DNA from: Raja brachyura
Lineage: Eukaryota
NCBI GenBank assembly: GCA_963514005.1
Contig: OY740797.1
Location: 19,468,001-19,532,000 of the forward strand
Reading direction: 5' to 3'
DNA length: 64,000 bases
In this document: in pieces, positions 12,656-27,000 of the stretch
How the letters are laid out: each line of letters begins with the position of its first letter
Numbering within the stretch: the first letter of the stretch is position 1
Program-made: the position numbers and the translations under genes
The notes under the pieces: model-generated
Databases searched by the model: none
The model's input: only the letters and a program-made list of their open reading frames with translations
Told to the model about the DNA's origin: nothing

Positions 12656-13440
12656 TGTTGTGTATGAAATATGATGAACATATTTAAGGTCTTGCGCAAT
12701 TGACGCATGCTCAGCAGAGAGTCTTCATGGCGTCCTGAAATAAAGTAGCTTGTTAGTTCACTCCCGTGTCCGAGTATTATTTAAAGTCCGTTTCCAGCAC
12801 CAAATACACAACAATTGGCGATGAGGATCAAAAGAAAAGAACAAGAGTTTGTATTTGGCGCCACAAATTGGAACGGCACCAAGCAAAAAGATTTGCCGCC
12901 AATTGTATTTGAATTGCCGCCAAAGAAAAGAAAAGTCGGAACGGGAAGCAAGAACGCAAGGAAACAAGTAGGGCAGTACACCGAAGAGCGCAGCTAAAAG
13001 CTGGAAGCCTAACCATCAGGATAGCGCCGGGGCCAGCTTTCCTGGAATGCTTTCCAATGCCGTGCAGCCCCCGGCCACGTCCAACAACCGCCACCGACAA
13101 TGAAGCCAAGTCAGCCCGGCGGCGAGCACAGCCAACCCCCGCCAACGTGATACAAGTCAGCCCGGCCACGAGACACAGCCAGCTCCCCGCCAACGAGACA
13201 CAAGTCAGCCCCGGCAACAAGCACAGTCAGCCCGGCCGCGAGGCACAAGTCAGCCCGGCCACGAGACACAGCCAGCCCCCAGCCGTGAAGCCAGCAAGCA
13301 AGCAGGCCAGCAAAGCAGCAACAGCCAGCCCGGGAAGCCAGCAACAGCCAGCCTGTAAGGACAGCCCAAAAGGTCGCTGAGGCACCAGAGTCCAGAGACA
13401 GTCAAGTCAGACCGGTGAACTCCTTGCAGAAAAAGCTGGA
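12656..13440 (+). mobile_element. LTR retroelement fragment: 158-bp LTR (12656-12813), PBS (12816-12828), GC-rich internal region
   Basis: The LTR starts TGTTGTGTAT and ends ATACACAACA (10-bp inverted termini) with an internal AATAAA. It is followed by TGGCGATGAGGAT, complementary to a tRNA-Ser 3' end with one CpG-type change. Confidence 0.75.
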
Positions 13441-13563
13441 ATGTACGAATCTAATGTATTGTTCACTGTTATCAATGAATATGTGAAGTAAATATGTGGG
13501 CATAGCAGGTTTATGGCTTAAAATGTTCTAGTTTTCTATTGACATTAAATGTTGGTTATTAGT

Positions 13564-13665
13564 ATAAATCTATTATTAGAAGAATTAGTAGTAGTAATTT
13601 TGCTGGATAACTGCATAAATCTATTATTATAAGAATTAGTAATAGCCATTTTGCTGGATAACTGC
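13564..13665. repeat. 51-bp tandem duplication
   Basis: ATAAATCTATTATTA.AAGAATTAGTA.TAG..ATTTTGCTGGATAACTGC, two copies. Confidence 0.9.
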
Positions 13666-14190
13666 TCTGTGTGTAAAAGAATTAAGTCACATAGTGTACC
13701 TGAATACATGGCTACTCCAATTGTAGGAAATGTGCCCCTGTTAGAGTCTGGGTATATTGTTGAGGAATGGACCGAAGTCTTATCTTCGGTGTAAACCAGC
13801 ATCGGCAGTTCCTTCCTACACATTACACTTATCATATTCTTTCAATGCACTTTGGGATTGACTGTATTTTTGCACCACAGCAGTGAGATAGAATTGTGTG
13901 AACACAAATAATCAAAGAATTCAATTGAAAATGCTAAGGGAATATCATTGTTATTTTAATACTGGAAAATAGATTCCAGTATCGGTGAATGGTACCATAT
14001 TACATTTTCTTTGTTCATTTAGAACAATAGAAAAATGACGAGACAGAGAAAGGTCATTTGTCACATTGTGTCTGTGCCAGTCAAAACATTGCTCTACACC
14101 TTCCATACTTGATCCATAACCCTGTAGATCATGGCTCTTCTAGTACACATCCAAGTGTTGCCTAAATGTCATGAGAGGTTCTGCTTTTTT

Positions 14191-15436
14191 GAAATATCAC
14201 ATTTACATAAGTATTCAGACCCTTTACTCAATACTTTGTTGGGGCACCTTTGGCAGCGATTACAGCCTCAATTTTTTTTTGAGTATGACACTACAAGCTT
14301 GGCACACCTGTATTTGGGTAATTTCTCCAATTCTTCTCTGCAGATCCTCTCAAGCACTGTCAGGTTGGATGGGGAACGTCGATGCACAGCTATTTTCAGG
14401 TTCCTCCAGAGATGTTTGATCGGGTTCAAGTCCGGGCTCTGGCTGGGCCACTCAAGAACATTCACAGACTTGTCATAAAGCCACTCCTAGTTGTCTTGGC
14501 TGTGTGCTGAGGGTCATTGTCCTGTTGGAAGGTGAACCTCCGCCCCAGTCTGTGGTGCATAACGCTCTGGAGCAGGTTTTCATCAAGGATCTCTCTGTAC
14601 TTTGCTCTGTTTATCTTTCCCTCGATCCTGACTAGTCTCCCTGTTCCTGCTGCTGAAAAACATTCCCACAGCATGATGCTGCCAACACCATGCTTCACCA
14701 TAGGTATGGTATTGGCCAGGTGATGAGCGGTGCTTGGTTTCCTCCAGACGTGATGCTTGGCATTCAGACCAAAGAGTTCAATCTTGGTTTAATCAGACCA
14801 GAGAATCTTGTTTCTCTTGCCTTTTGGCAAACTCCAAGCGAGCTGTCATGTGCCTTTTGCTGAGGAGTGGCTTCCGTCTAGCCAGTCTACCATAAAGGCC
14901 TGATTGGTGGAGTGCTGCAGATAGAGCTGTGCTTCTGGAAGGTTCTCCCATCTCCACAGAGGAACTCTGGAGCTCTGTCGGAGCGACCATCGGGTTCTTG
15001 GTCACTTTCCTGACCAAGGCCCTTCTCCCCCGATTGCTCAGTTTGGCCAGGCAGCCAGCTCTATGAAGAGTCCTGATGGTTCCAAAGTTCTACCATTTAA
15101 TGGTAGACTGTCCACAGTCCACTGTGCTCTTCGGGACCTGCAATGCTGCAGAAATTGTTTTATACCCTTCCCCAGATCTGTGTCTCAACACAATCCTGTC
15201 TCGGAGGTCTACGGACAATTTTGCTCAATTGTGAGTGTCGTAGCAAAGGATCTGAATACTTATGTAAATGTGATATTTCAGTTATTTCTTTTTAAGTACT
15301 GTTTTCGCTTTTTCATTGTCGGGTATTGTGTGTAGATTGATGATTAAAAAATGAATTTAATCCATTTTAAAATAAGGCTGTAACGTAACAAAATGTGGAA
15401 AATATGAAGGGGTCTGAATACTTTCCGAATGCACTG
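14191..15436 (-). mobile_element. Tc1/mariner element (Passport-like), defective, outer part of one TIR missing
   Basis: Transposase fragments [27 protein letters not shown] and WPSQSPDLNPIKHLW. The right end is ...GAATGCACTG followed by TA. Confidence 0.92.
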
Positions 15437-18400
15437 TACACATGTCATAATCACAGACTTTGGCTCATCCACCCTGATTCAAAATTTCTCTGTAGCCATG
15501 GATCGCGATGATTTCTATCAATTTCCAGATACTGCAGATTCAACACACTGTCTGCCATGCCTTTCTTAAAATGATTGATTTAGCTGATTTCATAAATTTA
15601 ATTAACTCTGTCACTGCTAGTTTAACATCATCAAAGTCCATGCTTTGATCTGGCTCCACAGACCTATTTCCCCCAGTACCACTATTTTTGATTCACCTAA
15701 TTTTTGAAGTAACCAGTAATTAACCAAGCACTTAACCAGATGTTGAACTAATGGAACCCTATCTTTGAGAACCTACCAGTCATCATCTATAAATCATTCC
15801 TCTTTGCTTTCTGGCAGATAGTCAATGTTTGGATCCTATGGGCATTTGTTTTAATGACCAGAATACCATTTTGGATTTTGTACAATGCCATGCTGAAACA
15901 CGTGCAGACCATCATTGATTCTCAGCATTACATAGCCAGATATGGCTTTTCCTTAACAAATCCACGTTGACTGTCCCTGATTTATTTTGTGCTTTTCTAA
16001 ATGAAGGTTTATATTGTCCATTAGAACAGATTCTAATCATTTGCCCACAGTCAAAGTTGTACTAATTGCCGCGAAGATGGGTTTCGACCAGAAATGTTGC
16101 CTATTTCCTTCGCTCCATAGATGCTGCCTCACCCGCTGAGTTTCTCCAGCATTTTTGTCTACCTTCGATTTTCCAGCATATGCAGTTCCTCCTTAACCTA
16201 ATTGCCATGTATGTGTTTGGTTTGTCCATGCCTCTTCCATTGAACAAGACCACAATGTTAGCATTTCTTCAATCATCTGCCATTGCTCCTTTTGCAAGGA
16301 AGGATTGGAAAATCATGGTCAGAGCCTGTGTTTGTATGAGCAGCTTGAGATATATTTCTTCTTGGCTTGGCTGTTCAAAGATACATTTCATGTTCGAAGG
16401 AAGAACATTTGACCCAAAATGTTAACTGGTTTCTTTTTCCACAGATGCTACTTAACTGGCTGTTCTTCCAATATGTTTCTGCTTTGGTGACCAAACAGGT
16501 TTTGCTGTACACTGTTCTAGCAAAACCTTCCTGCTGTTACTTGTTAAGTCTTGGCTAAGCTTGACACATGTTATCCCAGTCATTTCAGTCGTACAGATCC
16601 TTCATAATTCAGTAGCATGAATTGCAAAGGGGCACAAAAGGAGCCACCACACTTCAAAATAATGTCTCAGACACAAACAGCCCACTGGAAGTCCAGAAGG
16701 TAACAGGCAACAGTGGACTGCTTTATCCAGTACAATGTAACATTGTCATCTACTCTGAAATGTAATCCCAATTCATAGCCGTCAATGAAAATGATGACAA
16801 GACCAGAATACAATGCATTCCGTAATGTGTGATTGGTGCAAGCAAACAAGGGCAAAAGTCTCCCTTTACGTCTATATTGATTAGGATAGGTAAGTCCAAC
16901 AGAGAGTTTGCAGTGAGTATGGTTTCAAGTGTACAGGTCATCCAGTGGAGCACCACATCCCCAACCAACTGGAAAATGAAATCCCGGACTGGATGATTCT
17001 TTGCTTAGTATGAATCAGCTTCTGACCTCCAATTATGACCATTGATACCTTTGAACTAATAAACAAAACATTTTAATGAAAAGATAAGGAAATAAATATA
17101 TTACGTCCTTACGGTTGCTCCAGTATTGTCTTGCAGATTAATGTTTCATTTCTGAAGACTCCCAAGACATTTCTTTAAAGTTTGTAAGCCTAAATACTGT
17201 AAATAACCAGTAAAATATATAAATGGACATCCTCTGCAGCAGTTATTTCTTGGTATTTGGGAAGTGATAGGTTAAAGTTGCAATAGTCACATGTTGTGGC
17301 ATATTGAGCCAATCGTGAAAGCAATTACCTTATCAGAAAAGGTCAGTTGGTAGAAAATGAGTGTTCAATGGTCACTTTGCCCACATACTGTTAATCCTCG
17401 TGTAGTCGTCTATGCGCAGGTGTTACCTTGGAGATTTTACAATTATGATTGTAAAATCTCCAGTTTCAGTGTTGAGCCGATACTGACACTGTGGTGACTG
17501 CACAAACACATAGTTTACAGATAATTACAGCCCAGCAACATATTAATTGATGTGTGTCTCCTCCCCAAAAACAGACACTTGCCCAGTCGATCACAAAGTC
17601 GAGGTCTATTCCAGGATGCAGGTTCAAATAGGGTTGAACATTTTAATTTGCTATTTGGATATAGGAATTAAAAATAGAACAGGGTTGAGGTGCCATGCAT
17701 AAAGCGTATATGACATTTCGATATAAGATTTTAACATATTGTAGATAAAATGTTTCCAATGATTATATCAATACAACTGAAAAGTCCTCAGCCTTTTGTA
17801 TATTCCTGACCTTAAACACAACTGAGAATGTAGCTTTTAAGCACCCTACATCAAAAGTGTCACACCTCAGGGTGGCGCGCCTCAAAGGATCACATGCCTA
17901 CTGGTTAAATATCACACTGGTTTCAATCGTCCATTTATTTAACTGATTAAATGTTATGGAACCAAAGGAGCAGCAAAGAATTAGTAACCATCAACAGCTC
18001 AGTAATCAAATCCATCAATATTTTTTTTCCAAAGCACTATTCAGCAAGTATCACTACTACTACTACAAACCATCTTGTGAAATTGTTCAATTAATATCTT
18101 CATTTTATTTATAACTATCATTTTATTTATAACTAACCAACCCACTTAGTCTAGCCTGTTCATAAAATTGGTTCTTTAATCTTAACGAATCCTGAAAGAG
18201 GTACATTGCCCAGTCGGGTATCTGACGCATGAGTTGAACTGGGGTAAGAGATATACGGTGTTAGAACTGAAGTTTCCATCCTGCCTTTGTGAAGATAAAA
18301 TTCCCATATTATACAACAGGGAATTGCAAAGCAGAAGGCGGAAAGGTTGTTCGGCCTGTTTGACAAATTGCAAATGCCTGTGTGTGAAGTGCACCTTGAG

Positions 18401-21400
18401 AGTTGTAGTTCTAACCCATCTGTTGTGAGGCTCCATCATGACTGTAAGCAATTGTGACTACAGAAGAGGAAAAAACCATGGGCCACAAATGGAAGGAAAA
18501 TATAAATTCATTTTTACTATTTAAGCTTTTGAATAAAAATCGGAACTATTAATGTTATTTGAGATGAAATATTCTATGGGAGGTGTTAACTGATTGCACT
18601 AGCACTGGGAGCTTTTATGATATACTTGATGCGGGTTCTGGGGTCAATTGTTCAGTCTGTTATCCAATGATTATGAATTATCTGGACAGGTGCCAATTCT
18701 GATCAGTCAGATCTCAAAATTGTGAAGTGGCAGATCACCAGCGGTGTGAAAGAGAGACAGATCTTTGGTGAAGAAACTATCTGAATGTGGAAAATACTCT
18801 TTATAATTATGTTAATCACTGTATTCCATCCTACCCATCCATTGCCTCTAAACTGATTGATTAGTATCTGTTCCCGGATGAGCAGAGATATCTTCCAAGC
18901 AAACAGTAGGAAGAGCGAAACACAAAATACTCAAGCAACTCAGTGGGTCAGGCAACATCTGTGAAGGGAATGGACAGATGATAATTTGGTGGGGGTTGGG
19001 CGGGGTGTGAAGCTGGAAAAGTGAGTTGAGGTTAGGGCGTGGCCTGGCAAGTAATAGGGGGATATAAGTGAGGAGATTTTGTTTCAAATTTGCTGACAAG
19101 GGAGGTGCAATTGTAGTCTGGCAGGGAGATCTCTACTGCGCTGAGGATAGGCATCAGTTTTTGGATGCCTCGTATCTACTGTTCAACATGACCCCATAGA
19201 CGTGTACCAATCCACCATCTCCTAAACATTTCTGATCACATTGGCTCCCTGCTCTGCCCGTTTCAAACTCCTTCCCAAAATGCTCAAGCAAAACTACCTT
19301 GGCAGACCCATTGCTTATGCCTGCTCCTATCCTGCCAAACCCATCCAAATATCATGATTCTATTTTGTCCATCCTTGTCCAGTCCCTTCCAACCTACATC
19401 TGCAACACCCCACACCACTTCAATAAGTTTTGATTCCTAGTACTTAATTCCTAGTACTCATTTCTACAGTAGAGTCAAACTATGACCTTGCCAAGGTTAT
19501 CATCAGACTTTGGGTTCTCGATGAACTGAGAGCAATGGTGACGGGAATCTGCTGGTAGCATTCGAAAGTTTGGTGATACAAAGTCATGCATCTTAGGTAT
19601 CAATCATCTGGGCCGGGGTCCCTTTAATGCAAGGGGTGAGATAAGGTAAATGGATTTGAGATTGGATAGATGTAAGCAATCGTGTTTGGAACTGGAACAA
19701 AAACCTTTTGGGTGTACAGATATTTATGTACATTGTGAAACATTCACTTGAAGCATCCTATCAGTGCGGGACTGTTTACGGACAACTAAATTTCAACTCA
19801 AGGGAGGTGCTTCCTCATGCACTCTGTTCTGAGTTCATTGCTGGGCTGGCTACAACTGGCCACAAATAGGCCAAATGAAGAAGTGAAGTAATTGAAGTCA
19901 TTGTCACTGGCCAACAAGTTCTGACCTACTGTTGGAACAATTGTGGCCAAGTATATTCCTACCCTTTTAAATCTGTTCTAGCAGTCAGAACACATTGCTT
20001 GAATCTGCTTTGGTGCAGAAGGTTATTAAGATGCAGAACACGGGCAGCTGCTGCTGTTTGTGACTGGCTGCTGCCGTGTGGAATTTAACATTGCAAGATT
20101 ATGGAAATGGGGTTGTTGGGCTGAGGGGAGTTGAGCCAGTCCTTTCAAGTTGTCAGTAATTGATCATTTCTACAGATAATGGGTTTTGTGTTTAATTTTT
20201 AATGGTGCTGTAATGTTATTTGTGGTGCAGTGTGGGTCACCTTGAGAACTCTGCAGATGAAACCCGAAGATCATGAGTGCAGTTCTCAGTCACAGTCATG
20301 AATACAAAGTTCAAGTGTAGACGCAATTCACTAAAATCAATCAGCTGGTTGTACATTGGTTTCAATTTTTAAAAAGGGAGACAAGTCTAATGTCTGCAGA
20401 CAGACATATTTTTGGTGTGGACAGCTTTACTGTCCACTAAGGATGCAAATAAAATATTGACACAAGCCTTATACTGCTAATAGGATATTCTTTATACTGG
20501 TATGGACTCATCTGCAGACTGCAAATAGACTAGGAACAGTTTGTTTACTGTTGTGGACAGAGACCACCTGCAGAGACAGAGTAGGTTGTGCATACTGGAA
20601 CAGTTCCATATTTTGTTACTGTACAAATAAGCAGAGCTTGTACACCAGTACAGACGATCTGCACTATTTAATGTGGTGAGTGACTGATATGTGGCTGTGC
20701 CATATTTCAGTATCCAAGGACACACACAGTCCTGATCAAAGCATAGTGGTGGGTGACTGATGACTCCATTTACTCATACAGACTCCAGCTTTATGCAGCT
20801 TTGTCACGTGGCTTATCTGAACACATTCTGTTGTAGTTCTTTAACTATTTAGCAACCCACATAAGGTTTGTTTTATTTTACTGAAGATTTGCACAGTGTC
20901 CTCCGATTGACCTCCAGCACCCGATCAAATGGCTCAGTGAATGTGAAAGGGCTTTCAACACGAGGGGCAGGGGTGAATATAGAAACAGAGAATTGAGGCC
21001 CCATCCTGTCTTCATCACCAGGACATCTTCCAGCTGCAATCATTTGTGAAGAGGAGCTCTGGATATAAAACTTCAGGAGGGAGTCATTTGTTCTTGGTAT
21101 CAAGAACTAAATATGTTTAAGAAAGCTGGCTGGTGATTGTTCTCACCTCCCCAATTTCAGCTTCAGTTCAATGGCTCATACTTTTCCATGCCTTTTCAAC
21201 AGGTGACCTCAATCAAATTTATCTCCCCATATTATTTACATCAACGTGAGTTGCATTTTGGAATGTAAGCACTCATACTTCTGCTTTACTATTTAGATCA
21301 TTAATAAAAAGGAGAGGTAGAAAGGGATTTGGGGTTTGACAGACTAATCAAGCTATTACTTTACAGTTGGTGAAATCACACAAATCAAATCTCATTGCTC

Positions 21401-23112
21401 TGCACCTTGATGCAATTCACAAAGGTGTTTACCATTAAACTCACTACTCTTTCACATATTATCTCACCCTACTCCTTTGTGGCATCTGTCCTACTCCCCA
21501 TACCATCACAGAGAAACTTTACCCTTTAGAAGATCTTGATCACACAGTGAATATAGTGTTGGGTTGAGCCTGTTCAGGATGTGTTGTGTGATCAGCAGAG
21601 GAATTGATGGCAATGGCAAGAGCAATGGTTTCAACCACCCAAATGTATAACTGTTCTTCTATGAGGATGACAGACAAGCTGGGCTTTTCAGATAATGAAG
21701 CAGTCTGTATTGATGCATTGAAAAACCTAAGCAGCAATTAAACTTGGGCTAATATGGTAAGTACTATTCACACCATACCATTGTAATAAGGTTAAACATT
21801 TAGATTTGGTGTTCAATTGCAATCTTATTCCTAATTAACACAGGATCTCAGGATCAAAACAAATTTAACTACACCCACCAGTCCATTGATGCAATGTGGT
21901 GACAAAACAGGCAAGGGGGTGATTCATCTGAATTTTCAAAGTCTTCTATCATCTACACAACCCAAATGAGTCGTGCGGTGGAACACCCCACATATGGATC
22001 TCTGACAACCCTCACCACTGGCTTCTCAAGGGCAATTAGGGGTGATCAATAAATACCGGTCTTGTATGCCCAAATCTAGACAAATGAATATATTTTTAAA
22101 AATCCAGGGCCAAGCAATGTCTTTGATTAGTACCCCATCTGCGCCATTAGTTGCAGTCACTTGCATAATGTGATTACAGATTGCATCAGGTACAGAGTGC
22201 ACTGAGGTACCTCATTAAAGGTTTCTTCACATGTTCCTCCAAACCTGGGATATAACAATTGCAAAGGCCAACAGCAGAAAACACATAGGAAAAACACCAC
22301 CTTTACACCTTATCCTCCAAGTCATGCACCTTCCTGACCAGGGCATATTATGCCATCCCTTATTATCTCTAGGGCAGAATCCTAGAATTCTTTATCTGGG
22401 AATATATTCCCCAGATGTTTGCAAAAGCGCAAAAATGTGGCACGGCACTATCATCTGAGGAATGAGCATCAAATACTTTCCTTGCTCTTGATACCATATC
22501 ACGTAGATAGCAGAATTAAAATTAAGAACCTGGGGACTAAGGGCTTACAAGAGATGTTAACATAAAATGGTATTGCCATTAAACCAGGTGATGATCTTTC
22601 AGAAGGGTATTGGTTTATTATTGTCACCTGTACTGAGATTCAATGAAAATATATTCTTTGCCTGCTATCCAGTGAAATTAAATTATATCATACATGAGGA
22701 TAATCAAGCCATATACAAGTACAACAGGTAGTGCAAAGAGAAAAATAACAGAGTGCAAAAAATAATGTACAGTCTGATAATAGCAGGGAACAAGCTGTTC
22801 CTAAATCCGGTTGTATGTTCTGTCAAGCATTTGTATCTTCCGACAAATGGGAGAGGGGAAAAGAGGAAATGACCATAGTAAAAAAAAGGTCTTTGTTATG
22901 TTGGGGAGCACAAGAAACTGCGCATGCTGGAATTTTTGATTTTCAACAAATTGCTGGTTGTACTGTTATCTGGATCCTTATCCAATATTCCCTTGGTACA
23001 CTAAACCAACTGCGGGCTTGTTGCCGCTCTCACTCATAGGATCCTCTCTATAACTGGAGTCATAAAGCTACTGCTAGATTTAATGGAGTACTTATCTTCC
23101 TTTATTTTTCAG

Positions 23113-23233
23113 ATAAACTCTGTTTCAACACCTTCTTCAACTTTGAGGACATGCAGGAGATTACTAAGCACTTTGTTGTGTGCCATGTGGATGCTCCTGG
23201 TCAGCAGACAAATGCCTCACAATTCCCTGCAGG
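23113..23233 (+). CDS. NDRG4: NDRG4 coding exon ([40 protein letters not shown])
   Basis: tttttcag / gtgagt, 121 nt, phase consistent with the previous exon. Confidence 0.97.
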
Positions 23234-24002
23234 GTGAGTATCAACTGAGAACAGCTAAAAATTCTTAATTTGAAGTTTAATACTCGGGGTCTGGTCATAG
23301 TTCCCTCTCCATATTTTATATCATTCAACACTTTGGATTAATTCTACCCAGTGACCCCCCTCCCCCCATTGTCTATCAATGACTATATAAACCATTTGAT
23401 GCCTTTGATTATGATATTGGTCTGTAACCAACTCATCAGAATCCTGTTTTATTCATTATTTCATAGGTTTATTGGCCATTCTTTATTATCCTTGCGCAGG
23501 TGTTTTTGGCTGCTATTGTGATCTGTTGCAGTCAATGTAGCTCCATGGTGCTATCAGATAACATTTTCAAGATCTTTATATCAGTGGCAACAAATGACAA
23601 TATTTGTACATGTCAGAGGTTGCATTACGTCAGGCAGCACTTCTGAAGAACATGGATATGTGACGTTTCAACGCGGGACCCTTCAAGATACTTCGGGTTG
23701 GGACCCTTCTGCATTACTTCAACATAGTTTCTCATGCATGGAGTGTGACACTCTCTCCCTAGTGCAAATATTTAGAAGTCTAGCCCTTGTACAAAGATAT
23801 ATCTACATATAAGAGATCCTGTGAGGTTTGTGAACTATTTCTATTTCTTAGGAGAATCCTGGTGTCAAATGATCCCATGGCCCTTTGTAACCTTGGTCTA
23901 CAACCTGATTAATTGACACTTCAACCTACTTTTCCCAATCGTACCAAAGTAACATCAGGAAACTACTAAATTACTAGTACTACCACTAGTAATTACTAAA
24001 GA

Positions 24003-27000
24003 ATAGAAATATAGAAAATAGGTGCAGAAGGAGGCCATTCGGCCCTTTGAGCCAGCACCGGCATTCATTGTGATCATGGCTGATCGTCCCCAATCAATAA
24101 CCCGTGCCTGCCTTCTCCCCATATCCCTTGATTTTCTCTAGCCTCTAGAGTTCTATCTAACTCTCTCTTAAATTCACCCAGTCACTTGGCCTCCACTGCC
24201 CTCTGTGGCAGGGAATTCCACAAATTCACAACTCTCTGGGTGAAAAAGTTTTTTCTCACATCAGCCTTAAATGGCCTCCCCTTTATTCTAAGATTGTGGC
24301 CCGTGGTTCTGGACTCGCCCAACATTGGGAACATTTTTCCTGCATCTAGCTTGTCCAGTCCTTTTATAATTTTATATGTTTCTATAAGATATCCCCTCAT
24401 CCTTCTAAACTCCAGTGAATACAAGCCTAGTCTTTTCAATCTTTCCTCATATAACAGTCCCACCATCCCAGGGATCAATCTCATGAACCTACGCTGCACT
24501 GCCTCAATCACAAGGATGTCCTTCCTCAAATTAGGAGATCAAAACTGTACATAATACTCCAGATGTGGTCTCACCAGAGCCCTATACAACTGCAGAATAA
24601 CCTCTTTACACCTATACTGAAATCCTCTTGTTATGAAGGCCAACATTCCATTAGCTTTCTTCACTGCCTGCAGTACCTGTAAGCCAACTTTCAGTGACCG
24701 GTGTCAAGGATGCCCAGTTCTCGCTGCAACTCCCCCTTACCTAACCCCATTGAGATAATAATCTGCCTCCTTGTTTTTGCCACCAAAGTGGATAACCTCA
24801 CATTTATCTGTATTATACTGCATCGGCCCACTCACTCAATCTGCCCAGGTCACCCTGCAACCTCCTAACAACCTCTTCACAGTTCACACTGCCACCCAGC
24901 TTTGTGTCATCCACAAACTTGCTGTTGTTGCTCCTAATTCCCTCTTCCAAATCATTAATATATATGGTAAACAGTCGCGGCCCCAACACCGAGCCTTGCG
25001 GCACTTCACTTGCCACTGCCTGACATTCTGAAAAGGACCCGTTCATTCCTACTCTTTGCTTCCTGTCTGCCAACCAATTTTCTATCCATGTCAACACCCT
25101 ACCCCCAATACCATGTGCTCTAATTTTAGTCACCAGTCTCCCGTGCGGGACCTTATCAAAGGCTTTCTGAAAGTCCAGATACACTACATCCACTGATACC
25201 CCTTCATCCATTTTACTTGTCAGATCCTTAAAAAATTCAAGAAGATTAGTCAAGCATGATTTCCCTTTCGTAAATCCATGTTGACTTGGACTAATTATTT
25301 TACTGCTATCCAAATGCCCCATTATTACCTCTTTATTAATTGACTCCTGCATCTTTCCCACCATGGAAGTCAGGCTAACTGGTCTGTAATTCCCCATTTA
25401 CTCTCTCGCTTTTTTCTTGAAAAGTGGGATAACATTAGCTATCCTCCAATCCACAGGAACTGACCCTGAATCTATTGAACATTGGAAAATGATCACCAAT
25501 GCGTCCACTATTTCTAGAGCCACCTCCCTGAGGACCCTGGGATGCAGACCATTAGACAAAGGGGATTTATCATAGAAACATAGAAAATAGGTGCAGGAGT
25601 AGGCCATTCGGCCCTTTGAGCCTGCACCGCCATTCAATGTGATCATGGCTGATCATCCAACTCATCCTTCATCCTTCAGTCCAATTAGCCTACCCAATAC
25701 TATTTCTCGCCTAATGAAAATTTCTTTCAGTTCCTCTACCCCCTTAGATCCTCTGTTCTCCAGTACATCTGGGAGATTGTTTGTGTCTTCCTTAGTGAAG
25801 ATAGATCCAAAGTACCTGTTCAACTCTTCTGCCATTTCCTTGTTACCCATAACAATTTTACCCGTGTTTGCCTTCAAGTAACCATATAACCCACATTTGA
25901 CTTTGCTACTCTTTTTCCCTTAACATATCTAACGAAGCTTTTACTGTCCTTCTTTATATTCCTGGTCAGCTTCCCCTCGTACTTCATCTTTTCAGCCCGT
26001 ATTGCCCGTTTTGTTTCCTTTTGTTGTCCTATGAAAGTTTCCCAATCCTCTGGCTTCTGGCTATTCTTTGCTGTGTTATACATCTTTTCTTTTAATTTTA
26101 TTCTATCCCTAATTTATTTTGTCAGCCACGGTTGCCACCTACTCCCCTTAGAAACTTTCTTCCTTTTTGGAATTAAATGAACCGGCGTCTTCTGGATTAT
26201 GCCCAGAAATTCCTGCCATTGCTGTTCCACCGTCATTCCTGCTAGAATCCCTTTCCAGTCTACCCTGGCCAGCTCTTCTCTCATGCTTTCATAGTCCCCT
26301 TTGTTCAGCTGCATCACTGACACTTCTGATTTAACCTTCTCCTTCTCAAATTGCAGATTAAAACTAATCATATTATGATCACTACTTCCAAGCGGTTCCT
26401 TTACCTCGAGTTCTCTTATAAAATCTGGTTCATTGGACAACACTAAATCCAGACTTGCCTTTTTGCTGGTCGGCTCCATTTCAAGCTGCTCTCAGAAGCC
26501 ATCTCAGAGGCACTCTACAAACTCTCTTTCTTGGGGTCCTTCTTCTTCTTTCGTGTGGCGTGCACAGCCTAAAGTTGTTGGACTACTTGTTCTATTTGAT
26601 CTTCCATTTGTGCATGTAGAGTTGATTGCATTAGTCGAAACAGGGCGGACCACATGAAGGTTGCAATCTTCCACCCCTCGTGGGGTCCTGAACCGACCTG
26701 ATTTTCCCAGTCTACCTGCATATTGAAATCCCCCATCACCACAGTGGCATTACCTTTGTTACATGCCAGTTTAACTCCTGCTGCAACTTACACCCTACAT
26801 CCAGGCTACTATTTGGGGGTCTGTAGATAACACCAATTAGTGTCTTCTTGCCTTTACAATTACTCAACTCAAGTGACTCTACCTCGTCAGTCCCTATGTC
26901 TTCGCTCGCAAGGGACTGAATTCCATCCCTCACCAGCAGAGCTACCCCCCCTCCCCCTCTGCCCACCTGCCTGTCCTTTCTATAGGATGTATAACCCTGA

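Noticed and set aside
13107-13290. Repeat-spacer-like pattern suggesting a CRISPR array
   Set aside because: The intervening sequences are themselves repeats, the context is vertebrate, and there are no cas genes. It is a minisatellite.
18100-18135. 18-bp tandem duplication TCATTTTATTTATAACTA
   Set aside because: Ordinary slippage duplication in AT-rich intron.
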